From Convolutriloba macropyga (lineage: Eukaryota): a stretch of DNA of 64,000 nt. Positions 49,695 through 62,400 of this stretch are shown here, in pieces (positions within the stretch are counted from its first letter, which is position 1; every line of letters starts with the position of its first letter). The translations under genes were made by a program, and so were the position numbers. The stretch covers positions 71,114,001 to 71,178,000 of the forward strand of contig NC_134468.1 of the NCBI RefSeq assembly GCF_964194025.1, in the 5' to 3' direction. The notes beneath the pieces are model-generated. The model did not search any database. It worked only from the letters and a program-made list of their open reading frames with translations, and was not told where the DNA came from.

Positions 49695-50100
49695 CAAAGT
49701 CCTAATAGTAAGCAAATCCCAATTAAAGCGTCTGAATCAAGCTTTCCGTTTTCGAGCAGAAATAACTGCAAAGGAGCTCCGGGGGGCAAGCTGGATCTCG
49801 TGAAGAGTCTAAAAGATGAGATCAACCGTGATGACTTTGATGATATAATGTTGGGAGGACACGACATTACTTCCAAAAAACCAGAAGAGGACCCGTTCAC
49901 AAATTCACGAAGCAACACAAATCGTGAAAACTTTCAGAAATTATCTTAAATTCTAGCAGAAATTATCTCAATTGTTACAACTAATTGCACGAGACTCATA
50001 TCAAGCAACGAGAAAACGGATAAATCAAGTCTATGATCAATTATTTTTGCGGTAAAAACATCCAATTCAAACGGGATTCCATCTTGACTCGCTTAATGAC
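49695..50100 (+). pseudogene. SGNH/GDSL esterase-like remnant (probably a retroelement ORF1)
   Basis: KVLIVSKSQLKRL (decayed block I), then after a frameshift GAPGGKL (block II) and IMLGGHDI (block III GxND-like). Confidence 0.45.
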
Positions 50101-50569
50101 AAGGTACATCTTACGAACACATGTTACAAAACTCTTGCTTTCATCCTCAATAACATCATGGATGCCCCAGACCATTACCAGATGTGGATACTGAGCTTTT
50201 GCAAAAATTCATGTAGCTGAGCCTAGAGTCGCAACACTTTTCAGGTGCGTATTCCGCCTGTTGTAACCTTACAATTTCTTGACTTATCGCTAGAGTTTTC
50301 TCAATTATGTCATTACTTTGAGTTCCATCATTTCTGAGTTCCCGACTTACTGTTGGAATTAACCTGCCCTGAATTAAACAACAAGTTGTTTTGATCTGCT
50401 CTAATTTAGAGTTTCACCTCAATCTGCTTTTGAAATCTGGACAATATCTCTTAATCGTAACTGGCACAGCTATTACAAGCTCCTATCATTGTACGCTAAT
50501 ATTTTTCGCCTCACAGAACATCAGAGAAATGGTATTTCTCAGATGCACAGGTTACATTAAAATTGACAT

Positions 50570-51095
50570 GTTCAGAAGGCACTCGTAGGTGAGGCTCTCG
50601 TGATCAAATAACTACACCGAGAAAGTTAATTTCTGCTAATACCGTTTTTAGGAACATGCTTGTAGAGAACAATAGGAAAATGACTTCTCTTTCAATCTCC
50701 CGAACACGTCAAAATGATATGAACAGGAGGCACTCGTAGGTCAGGCTTGCGCGATCAGTTAGTTTCTCAGAACTCAGTACGTTGTCAAGTTTTGGGTTCA
50801 AAAAGTATCTATATGCAGTTTCAAGAAACCTGTTTTCCAATCTAGTCAGACTTATTCAATCGATATTATGGTCTACGCAGGACTGTTAACATCCTAGTAG
50901 GTCCTAATGCAGAACGAGATTTTGCTCTAGGTAATCTACGAAAAAGCTACTCAATACATTGTCAAACTTTGGGCTCAAAAATATCTACATACAGTTTCAA
51001 GAAAAATGTTTCTCAATCTAGTGATGGACTTATTCAAAGTATTTGGATCAATGTAGGAGTGTCACCATCATAGTAGGTTCTCATGCAGAAGGAGA
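50570..51095 (+). repeat. Two diverged local tandem duplications
   Basis: AGGCACTCGTAGGT at ~50577 and ~50728. TTGTCAA.TTTTGGG.TCAAAA...CAGTTTCAAGAAA at ~50782 and ~50959. Confidence 0.7.
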
Positions 51096-51384
51096 TTGCG
51101 AACGGTTTGTTTTTTTTTCTGAAAAGTATAGAACTTTGCTTAAAAACGTCTTAAGTTGTATAAGTCAGCTCTTCTATGTGTTTGTTTTCTTCCGGAGAGC
51201 GTTTTGAGCCAGGTTCTTCCCCAGTGCTCTGCTCTATTCTCCTATAGTTATTTTTTAATGTAACTCCACCACTTCGTTGCCAAGCCCAGGAATAAAAACG
51301 GATAAGGGTAACACAAACAGAACATACTGGAAAAATCTCAAGTCCAGTTTATTAAACTGAACTTGAGAAAAGTTTCCAACGCTA

Positions 51385-51790
51385 TTACAGTTCTATTCAA
51401 TTTTTAACAAAACTAACAGATAGGCGCTAATTAAAAAAGGAATTATTAATCTGACTTATCCAGGAAAAACGTTTGAATTTCGTTGGTAAATAATTGCTAA
51501 TAGGCTATTAACATTTTCGAAACATAGCTAATTCCAAAAATATCAAAATAGCTTTTTCCAGCACTTTTACAGTTCTATTCAATTTTTAACAAAACTAACA
51601 GATAGGCGCTAATTAAAAAAGGAATTATTAATCTGACTTATCCAGGAAAAACGTTTGAATTTCGTTGGTAAATAATTGCTAATAGGCTCTTAACATTTTC
51701 AAAACATAGCTAATTCCAAAAATATCAAAATAGCTTTTTCCAGCACCTTTACAGTTCTATTCAATTTTTAACAATACTAACAGATAGCCT
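51385..51790 (+). repeat. 182-bp near-identical tandem repeat (2.2 units, plus a partial copy at ~52089-52215)
   Basis: TTACAGTTCTATTCAATTTTTAACAA at about 51385, 51567 and 51749. Confidence 0.9.
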
Positions 51791-53495
51791 TAGCTTGAGT
51801 AGATTTAAAAACTTAGAAAAACACAGTTCGCATTTTTGCAACTATTAACCAGCGAAATACTAATGTCTTCCTAGCAAACTAGAAAAAATTCTCTGTTTTT
51901 GGAACTTACCTGCTTAGAGAAATTTCAACAAATAATTTGTTTATATTTGTATGACTTTTTTCAACAAAGCTACATTTTCAAAATTTTATTTGCTGAAAAG
52001 CATTGCATTGCATTTCCTTAACGTTCTCAAAAAGTCGAGGAGCTGCTCAAATCAAACCACACTCAACCTGAAAGTTCCACTAAGCGAGTAGGCGCTAATT
52101 AAAAAAAGAATTATTAATCTGACTTAACCAGGAAAAACGTCTGAATTTCGTTGGTAAATAATTGCTAATTGGCAAATAACATTTTCAAAACATAGCTGTT
52201 TCCACAAATATCAACGATCTGCTCAAATTACACCAAATTCGATCTAAAAGTTCCACTAGGGAAGTTGGTTCTAAATCAAACGGAATTACCCTTATAGCTT
52301 GTCTACGAAAACATAGTCGGCAGATGGCCGGAATAGCTGCAAAAGAAAAGACATGCTTGCCGTATAATAGATAGTAACAGATAGATATAAGTCGAAAAAG
52401 TTATCGACGCCGCTCAAAAAGCTAAGTTAAAAACTCAGCAATAAAATAATAAAGCTTGTTAAACTTCATTGCATAGAAGCCTTTTTCCTTAAAGGGACCT
52501 TTATTATACATAAGATTTGCTTTGACCTTTAACTAATCCAAAATAAACTTAAATGTTAAAATGAAAAAGTCATTTTATTGAGTGAGGTAAGTCACATCTA
52601 ATCAAAATGTAATCACGCGAAAAACTTTTGCTAGAGAGAGTGAAAAATGACGTCGCGCGCAAAAAAACCGTTAGTGAGAGGAAGAAGTCATTCAGAAAAC
52701 TTGACTTCTTCAGCTTTGATTTGAACAAATGTAAAACGAAAAAGAGCTTCAGACGACGAAACAAAACATTGTAAAAAATGAACTGTAATAAAAATCAAGA
52801 CAACCGCAATATAGCTCCGTTCAGCTTACAGCTTTGCAGCTATAAAAAAGGTTGGTATTTCGTTGGTTAATTTCGTTATGTTTGTGTGTGTGTGTTGCTA
52901 GATGTTGTTTTATGCGTTTTTGTGATGTTGGGATTTGTATTATAATTTTCAGCAGCTTATCTAGAGGTAATTTTTCATTTATTTCTGTAAAGGACATATT
53001 AGGGTCATGAGCCAGTCTCTGCCACCACAATCTGACCCACAACCATAGTCCTTCAATTTCATATAATTTAAAAAAGTTTCTGGTGCATTTGGTGCTATAT
53101 TTCTACATCCCGGGTACTCAAAGCTCGACGTTTAGAGTGCTCACGAACTTCGAAAATGCACCAAATTCGATCTAAACGGCAATCTCTTAAGTGAAAACAA
53201 CAACGATCCACATGTAAGAAACGACGAAAAAACGACGATCCAACTTGTAAGAAACGACTAAAAAACAATAGTTTCTGACCAAAAAAATAACAACGAAAAA
53301 CGATCAGTCTTACAACTGAAATTCCTCAACCCGGTTCGAAAACAAGGAAGTCAAAATTCAAGCCGGAATAACTTTAAAAAAAGGCAGAAAACCAATCCTT
53401 CTGCAGCTATCGAATTAACGTTTCTAAGGTATAGAAATTCTGAAGATTTGCATCAGGCTATTTTTTTTTCATAGCTGTACAATTTAATTTTTTTC

Positions 53496-53501
53496 TTTAT
53501 T
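53496..53501 (-). promoter_or_regulatory. Candidate polyadenylation signal (AATAAA) of GINS4
   Basis: TTTATT on the plus strand, about 130 nt downstream of the stop codon. Confidence 0.55.
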
Positions 53502-53628
53502 GGAAATTGACTCAATGTTCGCAAGTGTACGTAGAATCCAAGTCATATCCAGTTATAGTTCCAAAATTTCCATTCATTCTCACAGATCACCAAACCGTAG
53601 CGTTTGCAGTGTTCCATTGGTCATCATC

Positions 53629-53748
53629 TTATATGAGGCTTAGTGAGTCGTTCTCCACAAGTGGCGCGATTGTCTTGTACTTGACGAGATATTGAGTTCC
53701 TTCGGTCAGATCAACCACACCCTCAGGGTCGTTCTCATCTATTAGCAC
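53629..53748 (-). CDS. GINS4: GINS4/SLD5 last coding exon
   Basis: Acceptor TTTTAG|GTG. VLIDENDPEGVVDLTEGTQYLVKYKTIAPLVENDSLSLI* matches the SLD5 C-terminal B-domain (human ...IDLEKGSQHLIRYKTIAPLV...). Confidence 0.93.
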   Translation of the reverse strand: MLIDENDPEGVVDLTEGTQYLVKYKTIAPLVENDSLSLI

Positions 53749-56700
53749 CTAAAACTTTGCTTGTGTTTCCAAACAAAGTACACAAATCTGCAGACTCCAC
53801 TTTTATATTCAAAGCAAGGCTGAATAGTAGTTCTCTTCCATAAAAAAACAACAAGAAGGCTCGCTTTTTCTGTGCGTGGCAAATAATGTTACCGCATTCG
53901 CATTTGAAAGCATGATATATATCAAATCAATATATTTAAAATGATACATCAGAAACGTTTGTTTTAGCAACAAACATTCAGCTGAAGTTTGAAACAGAAG
54001 CAACAGAGAAAATATCGAGTTTTCCTGAAACATTGAGCCTAAACATAAACCCTTTAAATTTAATTTTTTTGGCATCATTGACGATTTTGATTCAGCTTCA
54101 TCAGTTTTTTCTATGATTCTTTGAGAAATTAAAGATTTTTAATCACTTTCAAAGTCCAATTGATGATTTCTGACTCAAGGTTAACTATTCTCAAATACTC
54201 TAATTTTATCAAAACTAACGCTTTAGTCAAAAACATTGCTAAATGTGGGTGTAGAAGTTTAACATGTTTTTATCCAGATACTCAAAAACGAACTCAAAAA
54301 TCATTAAGGAAACAGCGGCTCCACGTCACGTGTATTCAGTGAATCCCTGGTCATTTCAAGCTATTCGCAGCCGTACCACTTTTTTCTTGCAACATGCCCT
54401 AGACGGTCTTTTGGTAAAACGAAGGCATTAAACAGCATATGGAAATAAAAACAAATTTAGGCAATTGTATAAACAAGCGGCAAAAGCAGGTGAAACGAAT
54501 CAATTTTTCTGAGAAACTCATTAAGATAGCAGTATATGTCCTGAAAAGAATTAAAGCAAAGAAAAATTTCAAAATGCAATTCTGACTGATTGACTTCATG
54601 GAAACTGACTACGCAGCAAAACGTTAAAATATAAAGCATGAAAAATGCACATGAGTTTAATTTATGACAAAGCAGCAGTAAAAAATAGATTTAAATAATA
54701 AAGTGCTCAGCTTTCTTCCCACCTTTTTTCTGTGTGAAAACACAGAATTTTTGGTAGCCTATACACTTGTGAAGGTAAAAAAACTCATTGAGGCACCTTG
54801 AAAAATAGTTATAGTTTTATGCTGTAGCTTAATACTCCGAGAATATATTATAATTACAAGAGAAAGAAGGCTAAAAAATTCAAAATCTCAAAAGATACTA
54901 TCAAAATTGATAAAACCATAAGCTACATACAAAATTGGTCAAACGGAGGACGATATACTTTAGAGACCGTTTCAGATCTCTCAATAGCTTCTGTTGTGGA
55001 CAGAAAGACAAAACCTTCATTAATTAACTAAAAAAAACAACTATATTAAATATAGTTGTACAACTTGTTTGTTGGAAAAACGAGATCAAAATTGTTGAAA
55101 ACATAGAGACGGACCAATTAAAAGGCGATTTGTTTTAAGTTGCCATAAATTGAAACTCCAAAAAACTGTTAACATCAGGAAGGAAAACAAGGCAAATTAA
55201 AGAGAAAACATGTCAGAACAAAACTTTAAAAATGAAATGTGCTGTTTTGAAAAAGCTGTCGTTTCAAAGAAAGATTTCTCCATGATTATTATTAAAACTG
55301 AATGGCCAACAAGCTGCCTATTTGCAATGAATCGCTACAATGATAACCCGGCAAGCTACGAAAAAGGACTGAAAATAACTAAAAATAAATAAGACAATTC
55401 TCAAAAAAATTATTTTCACAGTCAGCAAACTATCAGAGTCATAAAAAGAGATTCATTGAAGCTAAACAGTTAAAGCTAAACAATGAAGGAACTTTGTTGC
55501 TTTTTGTCAACAGATGTGATTAAATCTAGTTTTGAAAAGGGATTAGCTCTAAAAGCAGCAGTAAAACACGGCAAGACAACAAAAATTCGCAAAAACTCTG
55601 ATTTCACTGTTATCTCAGCAATAGCTATTCTTGCCCTGAAGCTTTTTGTTCTTTGTTACTTGCGCTGCCTCAGTCTGATTAACCGTTTTGCTATCTGTTG
55701 TTCTCCCTCAAATTTGACTTCCAATTGACCTCAAAATGATATTTAATAATAGCTGACCGAGAACGTGGAGCAGCTCACAACAACCTCTATTCGTTTTTAT
55801 ACTGAATAATCCAAAAAAGAGATAAAATTTCATCAGTTACATGAAATGTGCTAAAATTTTAAAAATGTTAAAAAAAATGATCAATTTTGAAAAATGTCAC
55901 CAAACGTATCTGATTTCTTTCTCAGACAAGTCGAAACAAGTTAGAAAAATGCCGAATGAAACATTGTTGATTGGTGTTCAGTCAATTGTGCACTCAGATA
56001 AACTGCAAGCTATCGCCCAAACTCTTAGTTTTTTAGGTTCGATATGAAATATCTATAAATTATTTCGAAAATTTTCAAAAAAGTTAACCATTAGTATCAG
56101 ATCTCAAATGAGTTTCTCCCTGCCATACACAAATACTTAGAACGAACTGAATATTGGATGAAAAAATAGGTTAAAACAGGTGAGGGATGGGTTAATAATA
56201 CAAAATGTCTAAAAATTGGCTTAAACTTTTTCGCAAACTTTTTTCTCAAAAACGCATTTTTTTTGTATTTCTGTACTATATGGAGATATTGACAATGATA
56301 GGAAACTCGTCTTTCAAATATGCCCTCAAAAAACAGCTAGTTTTTGTAAATTATAGAATTTTGACAAAAATTTTAGCTAAATCTGATAAAAATTAGGTCA
56401 AACTGCCTGAAATTGTGGGCAGAAAATTGTAAAATTTTTCCCAAAAAAAGCAAAATTCTTACAATTTCTTTGTAGTGAAATTCTAGACACAGAGCTTCAA
56501 ATTCATGCCACATGTGCTAGTATGCATGCCCTCAAAAAGTGAAATCATGTCTGAACAAAGAAGAGGCTAAGTTCTCCTTTTTTTTCAAAAACTGTGGGAA
56601 CAAAAATATGAAAATAGAAAAATAAATGTTATCGACTAATACGGGGTAATTTATACACCAACGCATTGTTGGCACACTGTACATCTACAAAAAGAGAACA

Positions 56701-56852
56701 TCTATGAAGCAACACCATTTGGAACAGCTTTCTTTGAATAGAAAAAATGAAATAGCTTTTGTTTTTCAATTCGTCTTAAATAGAGGTACAACTAATTATC
56801 GAGGATGTCTGAGATAATGGTGACTTCAATTAGAGCATTTTACAGTGCCAAC

Positions 56853-57068
56853 CTGGCGTTGTGTCTGGTTGACCTTGAGGAAGACATAGTGATTCAGATT
56901 CGGTTCTCTGGCCAACAAATTCTGCTCTAGCTTCCTGATCCCGGAGGGTAGCTTGTCCAGCACCTGAGAATGCAACTGAGACTTGTACAATTGTTCTAAC
57001 TTGATCGCAAATTGCAGTTCTTCCGGTGACATTTTATTGTAAGAATGAGGCGGCTGAGATCTGTAGTG
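56853..57068 (-). CDS. GINS4: GINS4/SLD5 coding exon 3
   Basis: Acceptor TTTTTCAG|CAC and donor CAG|GTTGGC. Encodes MSPEELQFA...PNLNHYVFLKV; 216 nt, phase 0/0. Confidence 0.92.
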
Positions 57069-57364
57069 CTGAAAAACAATAACAATCATAAATTGCTTTT
57101 TTGAATTCTACCTGCTGAATAAGAAAACTGTCTAATTTTGATCCATTAAGATTGCCAGTCATCAATGACCATTTTTTTAACACCTGCAATGAATAAAACT
57201 ACCTCTTTTTAGCTTATTAGGTACAAAAACTGTGCACAGAAACGACCAAGGACAGATATTTTAAACAACATCTGTTCTGCATCTGACGACTTAGCGACAA
57301 AAATTGTCCCACCAGATAGATTAACTTACAGATGTACCCCATGTTACCAGCGTTCATCACTTAC

Positions 57365-57664
57365 TTCTAAGAGGTAAAACAAGTTCTGCTCGATTTTGTT
57401 CAGCCTCAATCGGAGATAACTGGATACGAGGTAGCGGATCCTCTGAATCTCCATCTGGTGGATCTCCATTCTCAAGTGATCTGAATCTACCCCACTAGAG
57501 GAGGAGGAAGCGCTCTTTTCTCTGATCAAATTCGCTACTCTTTCTAGTTTCTGGCCCATGGAGCTGATCTGGTCTAAGAGGCAGGTAACCAGTTCGTATT
57601 TGGAGTCTAAGAGGTCTGGTGCGAAACGCTCGTTGACCCATGCTGTTTTCAGCTGATTGATTAC
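57365..57664 (-). CDS. GINS4: GINS4/SLD5 coding exon 2
   Basis: Acceptor ATATAG|GTA and donor GAA|GTAAGT. Encodes AWVNERFAPDLL and IHQMEIQRIRYLVSSYLRLRLNKIE; 300 nt, phase 0/0. Confidence 0.95.
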
Positions 57665-58246
57665 CTATATCAGAACAGTTTCCATTTAAGCATAACTTTG
57701 TTGAATTCACTGCTCATATTCCTAATAAAAACAGTATCAAGAACAGTATCTATCATGAAAGATGCCGCAGCTATTTGTTCTACAACAATTTCCTCCCACT
57801 GACAATATGATCATCAATAATTTCTATTTAACCGCCTTAGAATTATATCAGAACTGTTTCTTTTACACCACGAACATTTTTTTTTGTTTTCATTGGCATT
57901 TTAAAAGAAAAAAGTACGCGCTTTTTCGAACTTCTAATGATCTGTGCAGCCTATCGAGAATTGGAACTAGAACATAGACCATCCTCAAGCTGTAAAGTAC
58001 CAGTTATTTATAATCTAACGGCGGAGGGACAGTTTTCGTATCTATAATGCCACGTTACAAATCTACAAAGGGTGGTTCTGAAATTTATTTTTAACCTCAC
58101 AATTGATATTCATATCGTGATATTCATATCCTTAAAGTGCAATTAGATTGCTCCATTTGTCAAATTTAAGTAACAAACAATTGACTAATCTAAACGAATT
58201 CTAAACAATTGACTAATCTACTCGAACTCTTATAAGCATTGCTTAC

Positions 58247-58543
58247 TTCTTGAGCAGACAACTCAATTTCAACATCGGCAGAATTTGTATCCACTCCGTC
58301 TGTCAACTCGGGAGGCAGTCCCACCAGATCGTCCAGAAGAGTACTCGCATAGCTCCTGTAGCCGCTCGCTGACGACTGTTGCTGCTGGCTGGTTCTATTA
58401 AACGTAGCTGAAGACGAAGGATGGTAGCTGGTCGCAGCTGATGAGAGTCCGCCACTTCTCACACTCACATGGTCAGCGCTCCCGCTGTTAGATTCGACAA
58501 CTTCAATATCATCGTCATCTTGGAAGAGAGGATCAATGTCCAT
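58247..58543 (-). CDS. GINS4: GINS4/SLD5 coding exon 1 (long low-complexity N-terminus)
   Basis: ATG at 58543, 11 nt after a polypyrimidine/CAG acceptor (AG at 58556-58555). Donor GAA|GTAAGC. The 297 nt join exon 2 in frame (ELSAQE|VINQL, compare human LTPAE-LIERL). Confidence 0.85.
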
Positions 58544-60422
58544 TAAAAAACAATCTGAAAGAGAGAAAAAAGAAAGATTGATGATCCAAAGAGAGATAAC
58601 AAACATTCATTTGAGTGTTCAATCAACGAACTATATGAAACCAATCACTATGCATTAATTAATCCCAGATTTGGGATATAGTTTTATCTTTCAAAAATCT
58701 TAAATCGGTGGGAACATGAAAACATCACTCCTTGTTTCGAAAAACTGTCCTGAATTCAATTTCAAAAGACATTTGATGAACATGGTGACCCCTTGACACT
58801 TTAAACTAGTATTGACCATACGACCACGGTAAATGAATTTGAAGAAACCACACTTACAAACATAGGAAAAACTTGAGATTTTCCTACATCCTGAGCGTCG
58901 ATCAATTTTAATATTCCTAAAATTGAAGATAGTGAGTGAGGTCTAATCAATTCTAATGATGCCGAGCAATAAAGATTAAAATTGGAGTGAAAGGACCGAT
59001 GAGTGAAAAAACATTTGCACAGCTCAGTCATTCTACCCTGATTTTATTCTGGAAACTATTGGCTCAAAATTGACCAGAAAATAAAGCTAAGGAAACTAAT
59101 CCCAAGAGCAAAATTTAACCATTAGGGATTTAGTCCCTACCAGGGCAATTAAAGGAATTGAGAAGTGAATCCAACTCATGACTACTGCTTGTTTCATTGC
59201 ATCTTGAAATCAGCATATCCTCCGATTTTGAGGTTACCATTATTTTCCAAGAAAAAGAAGTCTTGGTGGTAGAACGCCATGAGCTTTACAATAAGAGTAA
59301 ACAAGTTTACCCATTCCGGGAATTTCTCTTAAAATCAAACCTAAAACTTCAAACTTGCTATTTCCACCTAAACCACAATTTTGTACAAAAACTGGAGAAT
59401 TGGTATTGAAAAAGCTACTGTCAGAAAACCAGGAAGTGCCCATGGTTCCTAAAAGGCTCCCCGATCCCGCGTTCGAAAAACCAAGCGGAAAGAGGACAAA
59501 ACCTGTTAGTTATTGTTGAAAAATCCACTGTGGTAGATCAACAGCGTCTAGATAGCTTTGTTATTGAAAAAATAGACAATCTTTGTTTATATTTTCAGTC
59601 AAATTATATTAAGTGTCCACTGTTGGAAGGTCCTCGAAAAACCAAACCCGAAGAAGAAAAAGCACGATAGCTTGAAAAGGGATAAAACTTGACAAAACGG
59701 ATAATCATTCTTAAACGCAATTGCCATTTGACTTAAATATGAATTCGAAAAACTTGTGCTTTTTGTTAATACGTTAAATCTGACGTCGAAGCCTCTGTTA
59801 AAAGCAAGGTTACACTTAATTCAATTAGGTCACTTACTCTTTCTCTGAAGGTAGGTTTTAAATTTACATGAGATCTTTTCATTCCGAAAGCAACAGTTTG
59901 TCCGCCTTTAAGACTAAGACAGCTTTTCAACATTTCCCATTTAGATCAAAGTGCAACCAACATAACAGATGTCACATTTGTGAAGTGTTCTTTTTCACTC
60001 AAAGACGTAAAGTTATAAAACGGTATTCGTCATTATTCTGCAATTTCAAACAAAGGCAGGCCGCTTACTGCCGCGCTCTTGCCAGTCAGTACTCTCGTCT
60101 TTATTTAGTACCTTTGAACGTTAGGTTTGCCCATTGTTCATTTGGACGCCGAAATAGATAAAGATTTCGCAGTTGAACCAATTTCGGGGGTGAATAAATT
60201 GCCGAATTAAATGACAGAGATGTGAATATATACGGTGTTAAATTATAGGTGTCAAATAAACCAGGGAGAAAAAAGTAGAGACAAGCGGACACCTACCAAA
60301 TTTCAGCTCAATCGCGCAAAAATCAAACCATCAAACTGTTTTTAGAGTGATTCTACCATTAAAATTTTTGCCAACTGTCTAGTTTAAGTTAGATTATATG
60401 AAATTCTACAATATGTAATGCT

Positions 60423-62400
60423 TATAATAATAATAATAATAAATTCAAACAAATCATGGTTACCACCATCTTGGTTTTGCCCCACTTTGGGGAAGTTCAA
60501 TTTTATTAAGGTTTTCTAATGGATCCTATCCAGAAGGATAGCAGTAGTATTTAAACTTAGATATTGCTTCCGCCTCGAAGAATGTGGTCATTTCTCTTTG
60601 GAATGTATACCAGGAAAGATTGTAGGTGAATGAAAGCGCATTGTTATACTTAGCTACACGAACAAAAAACTTACTTTGCACCGCTTCCATCTAATTTCTC
60701 TAGCATAAATCAACACTTTGCCACTGGACATTGTATTGCAGTGGCGTGATTTGATATCCCAGAAATCAAGTGGATTCAGAATTGTCGGTTCGACAAGTAG
60801 TTTGTTCAACAGAAGATCTGAGAGGACCAGCTTGTACCCAATGGGCAAATAACCTTGGTTAATCAGACTTAAGCCATAGAGAGATTCCATTTTCTACAGA
60901 TCCAATTAACACATCTTCCGTGAACTTTCCCCAGACGCTGTAGTCTAACTTTACTGGGGAAACAAATATTTGATTCATAGTAGAGAACTGAAAGTAGATA
61001 ACTTTTTACAAGAAGACACTTAACATTCGCTTTTGTTTCAGCAGGCAAAACTCGTCGAATATGAGCTAGCTTCAGGAGACCTTTCTTTACAATAACGTCA
61101 AAGTGGAAGTCCTAAGAAAAGTTTTGAGAGAAATTTACGCCAAGATCTCTTATCGAATTTACCCGTTCATACTGATGTTCTCTTGCTTGAAATGAAAATA
61201 CTTGGGCAGAGCAATTCTGTAGAGAAAATTTCATATACTTGAACTTTGTGAAATTGAAACTCAAAGTTTTTTTCACTCCAAGTGGTAGCACTATCAATAT
61301 CATTTTGGGGAATTGTTTAATGGGTTTTTGAAACAACCATTTTTGTGTCGGCCGCAATAAAACTTTTCATTTAATAAAATTTCTGGTAAATCATTTATAC
61401 AAACCGAGAACTGAAACACTGTTGTGGTCCCTTGTGGTCGTCCACTGGTTAGGTTCACAAAATTCGAAGTAAAGTTTGAAAAAACTACTCGTTGTTGCGT
61501 ACCTAAAAGATACGATTTAACGAACAGGAGGAACTGTTTGTCAAAACCAAATTGAGAAAGTTTGTGGATGATAATTCTGAAGTTAATTGTGTCGAACGCT
61601 CCTGCTATAACAAGGAAACATATTGGTGTCTTTTTGCCCGCTAGCTCAGAATACAGTTTGTCGCAATAAACAAGCAGTTGAGTTATGGCTGATCGCCCAA
61701 TGCGAAAACCATGCTATTCGTCGCAGAGTTGGTTTTGAATCAGTTGTTTAAAATGTTTATACACCAATCTATCAAAAACTAATGACAAAGACGTAAGCAT
61801 CGCAATAGTTCGGTAGGATCAGAAAAACATTATATCTTAAAAATTGGCTTTGTTATTTATTTACGTAGTTCAATCAACGTGGTTCACTGAATCAATTACA
61901 AGCTCTACAACCCAGTAATAACAAGTTGATATAGGAATTTAAGATTTTAATTTCAACGTATAACTTTTGTGGTGCTGCAAAGATGTTTCGTAAACTGTAA
62001 CGCAGTCGAGATCAGATTTTTGTCAATCACTTAAAATTTGTGTGACATCTATGGTACAGCTATGGTACAGGACAATTAGCCCTACTAACATCAATGCCTC
62101 AATACATTTGACTGTACTAGTGGTTAAATATAGTAGACTCTTCTAAAAAACAAGGAGCATCGTAATTGAGTCAGCATACAAATTTTCAACCCATCTAATT
62201 TTATTTAAAGCTAACGTAAAGCTGTATATTCAAACAATGAACGCGCATGTCCACAAAAACACATGTACTTGAAAATAGTCTCCATTTAGTTTTCACTCAT
62301 ATTAGAAGAGTGGCCAGATTTACATTTTTCTAAGTTAGATTTCATAGCTTAAGTAGCTTCCATAGTAGAATAAGTTAGCTTCATCTTAATATCAACAAGC
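60423..62400 (-). mobile_element. Old, heavily decayed LINE (CR1-group) RT fragment
   Basis: Minus-strand remnants YRTIAMLTSLSLVFDRLV (~61760-61815), HGFRIGRSAITQL (~61675-61713), GRPQG...INDLP (~61385-61445) and IRDLGVNF (~61130-61153). A short (TAA)n tail lies at ~60423-60442. The right boundary is uncertain. Confidence 0.75.
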
